DNA from: an uncultured Actinomycetes bacterium
GTDB taxonomy: Bacteria; Actinomycetota; UBA4738; JBBDTT01
Length of the DNA: 64,000 bases
Reading direction: 5' to 3'
NCBI GenBank assembly: GCA_963742735.1
Contig: CAVUMN010000001.1
Coordinates: 32,001-96,000, forward strand
Numbering within the stretch: the stretch's first letter is position 1; each line of letters opens with the position of its first letter. Below, piece by piece: positions 58,377-64,000 of the stretch. Under the pieces are notes generated by a model. It was not told where the DNA came from. It did not search any database and worked only from the letters and a program-made list of their open reading frames with translations. Both the position numbers and the translations under genes were made by a program.

Positions 58377-59459
58377 ATGCGTGGCGCCGTCCTGATGGGT
58401 CTCGACCAGCCCTTGGAGGTCCGTGACGACCTCGAGGTGATCGGTCCCGGACCCGGCCAGGTCCACGTGAAGATCGCCGCGAGCGGCGTCTGCCACTCCG
58501 ACCTTTCGTTGCAGAACGGGACGCTCCCCCACCCCATGCCGGTGGTCCCCGGCCACGAGGCGGCCGGCGTCGTGCTCGGCGTCGGCGACGGCGTCACCCA
58601 CGTCAAGGAGGGCGACCACGTCATCATCGCGTTCTGGCCGCCGTGCTGGAACTGCCGGGCGTGCATCGGCGGCCAGCCGCACCTGTGCGAGACCTATACC
58701 GAGCAGGCCATCGGCGTGCCCCGGATGAAGACCCCCGACACGCCGCTGTTCTCCTACGCGGGCGTGGGCTCGTTCGCGGAGGAGGTCATGGTCCTCGGCG
58801 AGGCCGCGGTGCCGATCCCCAACGACGTTCCGCTCGACATCGCCGCGCTGATCGGGTGCGGCGTGATGACCGGCGTCGGCGCCGCCATCAACACCGCCAA
58901 GGTCCAGCCCGGCTCGTCCGTGGTCGTGTTCGGCTGCGGCGGGGTCGGGATCAGCGTGATCCAGGGCGCCCGCATCGCGGGAGCCACCGAGATCGTGGCC
59001 GTGGACGTGGTCGAGTCGAAGCTCGACGAGGCGAAGAAGTTCGGCGCCACCCACGCGGTCACCACGGGCGGCCTCGGCGCCGTGAACATGGAGCTGACCG
59101 GCGGCCGCGGGTTCGACTACGGCTTCGAGGTCGTCGGCAGGCCGGAGACGATCCGCAGCGCCTGGGACGCCACGCGACGCGGCGGCACGACGGTCGTGGT
59201 CGGCGCGGGCCGCATGGACGCCATGGTCCCGTTCAGCGCCTTCGAGCTCTTCTACCAGGAGCGGACACTCAAGGGCTGCTGGTACGGAAGCGCGAACGTG
59301 CGCCTCGACTTCCCCAGGCTCCTGGGGTTCTGGCGCGCGGGCACCCTCGACCTCGAGGGCATGATCTCCCGTCGGATCGACCTCTCGGAGATCAACGAGG
59401 CGTTCGCCGCCCTGGAGCGCGGCGAGTTCGTCCGCCAGGTCATCGACTTCTCCGCGTAG
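58377..59459 (+). CDS. Zn-dependent alcohol dehydrogenase
   Basis: GVCHSD, GHEAAG, CWNCRAC..C, GCGGVG. Confidence 0.92.
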   Translation: MRGAVLMGLDQPLEVRDDLEVIGPGPGQVHVKIAASGVCHSDLSLQNGTLPHPMPVVPGHEAAGVVLGVGDGVTHVKEGDHVIIAFWPPCWNCRACIGGQPHLCETYTEQAIGVPRMKTPDTPLFSYAGVGSFAEEVMVLGEAAVPIPNDVPLDIAALIGCGVMTGVGAAINTAKVQPGSSVVVFGCGGVGISVIQGARIAGATEIVAVDVVESKLDEAKKFGATHAVTTGGLGAVNMELTGGRGFDYGFEVVGRPETIRSAWDATRRGGTTVVVGAGRMDAMVPFSAFELFYQERTLKGCWYGSANVRLDFPRLLGFWRAGTLDLEGMISRRIDLSEINEAFAALERGEFVRQVIDFSA

Positions 59460-59493
59460 GTACCGGGCGGGAAGCCGTCGTAGCCTTTCGGCT

Positions 59494-61248
59494 GTGAGAC
59501 GCAGGCTCGCGGTTCTGGCCACCCTGGCCCTGTTGAGCGCGGTCCTGCCCGGGCTCGGCGCCCCGCCCGCGTCCGCCCAGCAGGTGCAGCCGTGCGACCT
59601 TGGGGGATCGTCCGAGTTCTCGACCGTGTCCCCCCGTCCGCGCCACGACCTCCTCCCGCAGGAGGTCGTGTCGATCCCCAGCGCGCAGGACGGCGCCGAC
59701 ATCCAGATCGGCGTGTTCCGTCCCAGGGTTCCGGCGGGCACCCGCGTCCCCGTCATCGTGCGTGCCTCGCCCTACTTCCACCCGATGCAGGAGCTCGACC
59801 TGCGGGTCTGCGAGCCGTTCCTCATCGAGAACTACGTGCCCCAGGGGTACGCCGTGGGTCTTGTCGCGCTGCGGGGCACCGCGGACAGCGGCGGCTGCTT
59901 CGACTTCTTCGGGTCCCTCGAACGGCAGGACCTCGCCCAGGCGGTCAGCTGGCTGGGCAGCCGGCCGTGGAGCAACGGCCGCGTGGGCATGGTCGGCAAG
60001 TCCTCGGACGGCGGCTCGCAGTGGGAGGTCGCCTCGATCGGCAGCCCGTACCTGAAGACGATCGTCCCCGTCTCGGGCGTGGTCGACGTGTTCGACCTCC
60101 AGTACGGCGGGGCGAACGTCGACGTCCGTGGCGGGATCCTTGCCGGTGTGTACTTCGCCCAGAGCCTGGGATACGCGCAGGGTCGCTCGCCGCAGCACAC
60201 CGCCGGAGTGGCCGCGTGCCCGGAGTACGCGACGGCCGTGGCGGCGAGCCTGTACAGCTCGGTGACCGGCGACGAGGACCTGTTCGGGTACTGGGCGGAC
60301 CGCCGCTACTCGGACGACATCCTCGAGCGCTATCGGGGAAGCGTGTTCTTCATCCACGGGCTGCAGGACTGGAACGTGAACCCGGGCACGCAGTTCCCCT
60401 TCATCCTCGACCTGAAGCGCCGGGGTGTGCCGGTGAAGACCCTGCTCGGCCAGTGGGGACACGCGTTTCCGGACGAAGCCACCCCGCCGAGCCTGCGGCG
60501 GGACTTCGCGGACATCCTGTTGCGATGGTTCGACCGGTGGCTGAAGGGCCGCAAGGTCGACACCGGTCCGGCCGCCCAGGTCGAGGACTCGGACGGCTTG
60601 TGGCGGAACGAGCGGTCCTGGCCGCCGGCCGGGCGCACCACCCGGCTGTGGCTGACGCCGGACGGCGCCCTGGCCGCGGCGCCCGGGGGTGCGGGATCGG
60701 CCATGGTCGCGCCGAGCCCGCTCCACGTCTCCGACCCGCTCGGGAACATGGGCGCGGGCGTCGGCCTGCCGCCCCTGCCGGCCGAGCTCCAGGCGGTCTG
60801 CCAGGCCCCGGTCTGCGCGGCGTTCCGGACCGAGCCCATGGCCGGCGCCTATCGCATCGCGGGGCTCCCCCGCCTTCGAGTGCCGGTCACACCGGCCGGA
60901 CCGCTGGGGAACCTGGCGGCGTTTCTCCTCGCCGAGGGGCCGGACGGGCTCCGCCGCCTCGGCTGGGGCCAGGTCGACCTGCGGTTCCCGCGCGGGCGGG
61001 GCGCGTCGCAGACGGTGACGCCCGGAACCACCGTCGAGATCGACGCGCCGCTTCAGCCTCTCGACGCCGTGCTGCACCCCGGCGAGCGCCTGGTCCTGAT
61101 GGTCACGATGGCCAACAGCGGGAACCGGCTGCCCGGGCTCGGACTGCCCGCGACCCTGGAGCTTGGCGCTGAGAGCAGCCTGACGATCGTGCGGGTGACG
61201 CCCAGGCCGTCGCAGTTCTTCGAGCCACCCGCGGAGCCGGAGGCGTAG
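59494..61248 (+). CDS. Secreted CocE/NonD (S15) hydrolase
   Basis: Signal peptide, SPY, RGTADSGG, WSNGRVGMVGKSSDG, HGLQDWNV, GQWGH. Confidence 0.85.
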   Translation: MRRRLAVLATLALLSAVLPGLGAPPASAQQVQPCDLGGSSEFSTVSPRPRHDLLPQEVVSIPSAQDGADIQIGVFRPRVPAGTRVPVIVRASPYFHPMQELDLRVCEPFLIENYVPQGYAVGLVALRGTADSGGCFDFFGSLERQDLAQAVSWLGSRPWSNGRVGMVGKSSDGGSQWEVASIGSPYLKTIVPVSGVVDVFDLQYGGANVDVRGGILAGVYFAQSLGYAQGRSPQHTAGVAACPEYATAVAASLYSSVTGDEDLFGYWADRRYSDDILERYRGSVFFIHGLQDWNVNPGTQFPFILDLKRRGVPVKTLLGQWGHAFPDEATPPSLRRDFADILLRWFDRWLKGRKVDTGPAAQVEDSDGLWRNERSWPPAGRTTRLWLTPDGALAAAPGGAGSAMVAPSPLHVSDPLGNMGAGVGLPPLPAELQAVCQAPVCAAFRTEPMAGAYRIAGLPRLRVPVTPAGPLGNLAAFLLAEGPDGLRRLGWGQVDLRFPRGRGASQTVTPGTTVEIDAPLQPLDAVLHPGERLVLMVTMANSGNRLPGLGLPATLELGAESSLTIVRVTPRPSQFFEPPAEPEA

Positions 61249-61256
61249 CCCGGGCG

Positions 61257-62474
61257 TTACTTCGTGAGCCGGACCGGCAGGTGCTTGGTCCCGTTGATGA
61301 AGGTCGAGCGGAGGTGGGCCTCGTCGCCGACCTGCTCGATGTCGGGGACCAGCCTCAGGAGCTCCTCGAACATGATGCGGATCTCGAGCCGGGCCAGGTT
61401 CGCGCCCAGGCAGAAGTGGGGGCCGCCCGTCCCGAAGCCGAAGTGCTCGTTCGGGCTCCGCGTGATGTCGAACTGGTGGGGGTCGGGGAACTCGGCGGGG
61501 TCGCGGTTGGCGGCGACGTACCAGAGCGTGACGCCGTCACCTTGCTTGAGGGTCTTGCCGCCCATCTCGACGTCCTGGTTCACCCATCGGCGGAAGTGCA
61601 TGACCGGCGTGATGTAGCGGAGCATCTCCTCGACCCCGGTGTGCAGGAGCTCCGGCCGCTCGAGGAGCATCTGCCACTGGCCGGGGTTCTTGAACAGCTG
61701 AAGGAGCCCGCCGGAGACCAGGTTCCGCGTGGTCTCGTTCCCGGCCACCGCGAGCAGGAGCAGGAACGTGTCGATCTCCATGTTCGACAGCGGCTCCCCG
61801 GTGTCGCCGACCTCGGTCTCCATGAGGACCGTGATCAGGTCGTCCCGCCGCTCGGCCCGGTGCTGCTCGGCCAGCCACTCCCAGTACATGTACATCTGGA
61901 TCGCGGCCTGCTCGCCCTTCTCGGCGGTGTTGCCGAACTCGGGGTCGTCGAAGCCGATCATCGTGTTGCTCCAGTCGAGCACGCGCCCGCGGTCCTCCTC
62001 GGGCACGCCGACCATCTCCATGATCACCTGGAGCGGGAAGTCGGAGGCGATCTCGGTGACGAAGTCGACCTCGCCGTGTGGCTTGGCCTTCTCGATGAGG
62101 TCGGCGGCGATCCCGCGGATGTGGTCCTCGAGGACCCCCACGCGGCGGGGCGTGAACCCCTTGTTGACGAGCTGCCGGAGCCGCGTGTGTTTCGGCGGGT
62201 CCATGTTGATCATCATCAGCTCGACGCCGCTGCCCGGCCGCATCATCTCGGGACGGACCGGAAGCGCCCCACTGTGCGCGGACGAGAACGTCTCCCAGTC
62301 ACGGCCGGCGCGCGCGACGTCCTCGTAGCGGATCAGCGACCAGAAGCCGATGCCGTCGGCCTCGGGGTGATACGCCACCGGGTCGTTCTGGCGGAGCCAG
62401 TCGAAGCCGTCATGGGGGACCCCGCCCATGAAGTTGTCGGGGTCGTAGACGTCCAGCCGCTGCGCAGTCGTCAC
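61257..62474 (-). CDS. cyp125: Cytochrome P450, CYP125-like steroid C26 monooxygenase
   Basis: MDPPKHTRLR, KGFTPR, AVAGNETTRN, FGTGGPHFCLG. KstR box upstream. Confidence 0.78.
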   Translation of the reverse strand: MTTAQRLDVYDPDNFMGGVPHDGFDWLRQNDPVAYHPEADGIGFWSLIRYEDVARAGRDWETFSSAHSGALPVRPEMMRPGSGVELMMINMDPPKHTRLRQLVNKGFTPRRVGVLEDHIRGIAADLIEKAKPHGEVDFVTEIASDFPLQVIMEMVGVPEEDRGRVLDWSNTMIGFDDPEFGNTAEKGEQAAIQMYMYWEWLAEQHRAERRDDLITVLMETEVGDTGEPLSNMEIDTFLLLLAVAGNETTRNLVSGGLLQLFKNPGQWQMLLERPELLHTGVEEMLRYITPVMHFRRWVNQDVEMGGKTLKQGDGVTLWYVAANRDPAEFPDPHQFDITRSPNEHFGFGTGGPHFCLGANLARLEIRIMFEELLRLVPDIEQVGDEAHLRSTFINGTKHLPVRLTK

Positions 62475-62483
62475 GACCGAAAG

Positions 62484-62497
62484 TAGAACACGTTCTC
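62484..62497. promoter_or_regulatory. KstR-type operator upstream of the P450
   Basis: AAGTAGAACACGTTCTCA (62481-62498) is identical to 58294-58311. Confidence 0.87.
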
Positions 62498-62537
62498 ACT
62501 TTGCGCGCAAGGCCGGAGGACCTCCCCGGAGCACGAA

Positions 62538-62573
62538 GAGAGCCCCCTCGCTCCGGAGAACGAGGGGGCTCTC
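62538..62573 (-). terminator. Intrinsic terminator-like hairpin
   Basis: GAGAGCCCCCTCG / CGAGGGGGCTCTC perfect 13-bp stem downstream of the SBP gene. Confidence 0.75.
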
Positions 62574-62599
62574 CCCGGGTGACTGAGCGCTCGGCCGGG

Positions 62600-63928
62600 T
62601 CAGCCTGCCGAGGAGCAGGCCTCCGTGAACTCGAACGCCTCGGCCGTCGGCCCCACGAAGAAGGGCTCGAGGACCGAGGACCCGAGCGGTGCGTCCGGGT
62701 CGGGCTGTCCGATGATCGCTTCCCGAACGACGGCCTCGTTCGGGTCGCCCCCGAACTGGACCTCGGGAAGCGCGCCCTCGTAGTCGACGGTCAGGCCGTC
62801 GGCCGCCGCGAGCAGCCCCGCACGGGTCAGGTCGTTGTTCGCGTGCGCCGCCTCGAGCAGCGACTTCATCGGGTACGACCAGATCCAGCCGAACGTGTAG
62901 CCGTCGTTCGCCGGCAGCTTGTTGCCGGCGGCCTCGACCATGGCGTCATGCGCCGCGGTGTCCGAGGCCCACGGTCCCCACGGCGACACGAAGTGATACA
63001 GCGCCTGGATCGCGGGCGCCGCCTCGCTCTGCAGCAGGGCCGGGTTGAAGGTCGGCACCGAGCCCACGAACTGACCCGTGAACCCCTGCGCCGCCGACTT
63101 GCCGACGATCTCGGCCATCTCGCCCGGTCCGGTGGCGATCACCACGATGTCCGGGCTCGCCCCGAGGATCGCGCCCACGGCCGCGTCCTGGTTGCCCGCC
63201 ACCGCGTTCGGCGCCGTCTCAACGATGTGCGTGTCGGGGTTGAACTCCACCTCGTTGGCCTCGGCCCATTCCCGAACGCCGGCCGCGGAGTCGCCGCCGT
63301 AGTCGCCCGGGTAGCCGACGGCCATGACCGTGGTGGGATCGCCGAACTCACCGGCGGCCCAGTCGAGGCCGTTCTGCGACTCGAGGCAGTAGTTGTAGCC
63401 GCTCTCCAGGATGTTGTCCTCGAACGCCCATCCCGACCACCAGGAGGCCGGCGAGGCGATGACCTCGTCCTCCTTGTAGAGGTCGAGCGCCGCGAGCGTC
63501 GTCGGCGTCCCGAGGGACTGCGCGAGGGCCAGGATCTCGGGTTCGATCTCCCGGTACTTCGCGACGTGCTCCTCGGGGTCGTACTTGTTGTCGCGGGTGT
63601 TGGTCTCGATGTCGACGTCGAACTCCCCGCCGATGCCGCCGTTGGCGTTCACCCGCACCCAGAACGCCTTCTGGCCGTCCGTGATCGGCACCGCGAGCGG
63701 CGCGAACGGGCCCTCGGTCAGGTCGGAAAGGACCCCGAGGTAGATGCAGCCACGGTCTGCGTTCTCGCTGCCCGGGCAGGGCTCGGCCGTGACGCCCACG
63801 CCGGTCTTCAGCTCACCGCCGTTGCCTCCGTTGCCGTCGTCACCCGTGCCCGACGAACAGGCCCCGGCGACCAACATGAGCAGCCCGAGGCCCACCACCA
63901 AGTAGCGCCAGCCCAGCAGCCTTCGCAT
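62600..63928 (-). CDS. ABC transporter substrate-binding lipoprotein (LivK/branched-chain type)
   Basis: Lipobox AGAC, IYLGVLSDLTEGPFA, NANGGIGG, SLGTPTT, GDYGGD. Confidence 0.85.
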   Translation of the reverse strand: MRRLLGWRYLVVGLGLLMLVAGACSSGTGDDGNGGNGGELKTGVGVTAEPCPGSENADRGCIYLGVLSDLTEGPFAPLAVPITDGQKAFWVRVNANGGIGGEFDVDIETNTRDNKYDPEEHVAKYREIEPEILALAQSLGTPTTLAALDLYKEDEVIASPASWWSGWAFEDNILESGYNYCLESQNGLDWAAGEFGDPTTVMAVGYPGDYGGDSAAGVREWAEANEVEFNPDTHIVETAPNAVAGNQDAAVGAILGASPDIVVIATGPGEMAEIVGKSAAQGFTGQFVGSVPTFNPALLQSEAAPAIQALYHFVSPWGPWASDTAAHDAMVEAAGNKLPANDGYTFGWIWSYPMKSLLEAAHANNDLTRAGLLAAADGLTVDYEGALPEVQFGGDPNEAVVREAIIGQPDPDAPLGSSVLEPFFVGPTAEAFEFTEACSSAG

Positions 63929-64000
63929 GCCCCCTCCTTCGTCCGGCTCCCGCTTCCCGGCAAGGTGATACCACGCCGCGCCCGCCGAAGCGACCCGAGC

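Noticed and set aside
364-61172. Many long alternative-frame and antisense ORFs (e.g. 364..2526, 17163..19745, 27293..29581, 40658..42988)
   Set aside because: These Arg/Pro/Gly-rich shadows are expected at this GC content. They overlap genes with clear motifs.
1-64000. CRISPR arrays, tRNA/rRNA, transposases, integrases, defence systems
   Set aside because: No spaced repeats, RNA gene signatures or recombinase motifs were recognised by eye.

Overview
A GC-rich Actinomycetota chromosomal segment that is almost entirely a steroid/branched-lipid catabolic supercluster. It holds the C/D-ring (HIP) genes echA20-ipdA-ipdB-ipdC and a ~22 kb, 23-gene minus-strand run (acyl-CoA ligases, split Rv3521-like DUF35, ltp4/ltp3, a chsH2/chsH1/ltp2 module, acyl-CoA dehydrogenases, fadD3-like). 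It also has a cyp125-like P450, two WS/DGATs, several ester hydrolases, LLM oxidoreductases, ribBA plus an FMN reductase, and a STAND-type adenylate cyclase. The most interesting signal is regulatory, with three different operator families visible by eye: (1) canonical KstR boxes (3 copies); (2) a non-KstR2 palindrome CTGACG-N3-CGTCAG (4 copies), one where a KstR2 box would be expected and one upstream of the operon containing a TetR gene; (3) a 36-bp tandem operator (2 copies) linking ribBA/FMN reductase to an LLM-SDR-SGNH-IclR operon. Several genes carry single-base frameshifts that are most likely long-read consensus errors. No rRNA, tRNA, CRISPR or mobile element was seen. All calls come from motif recognition, not database searches.
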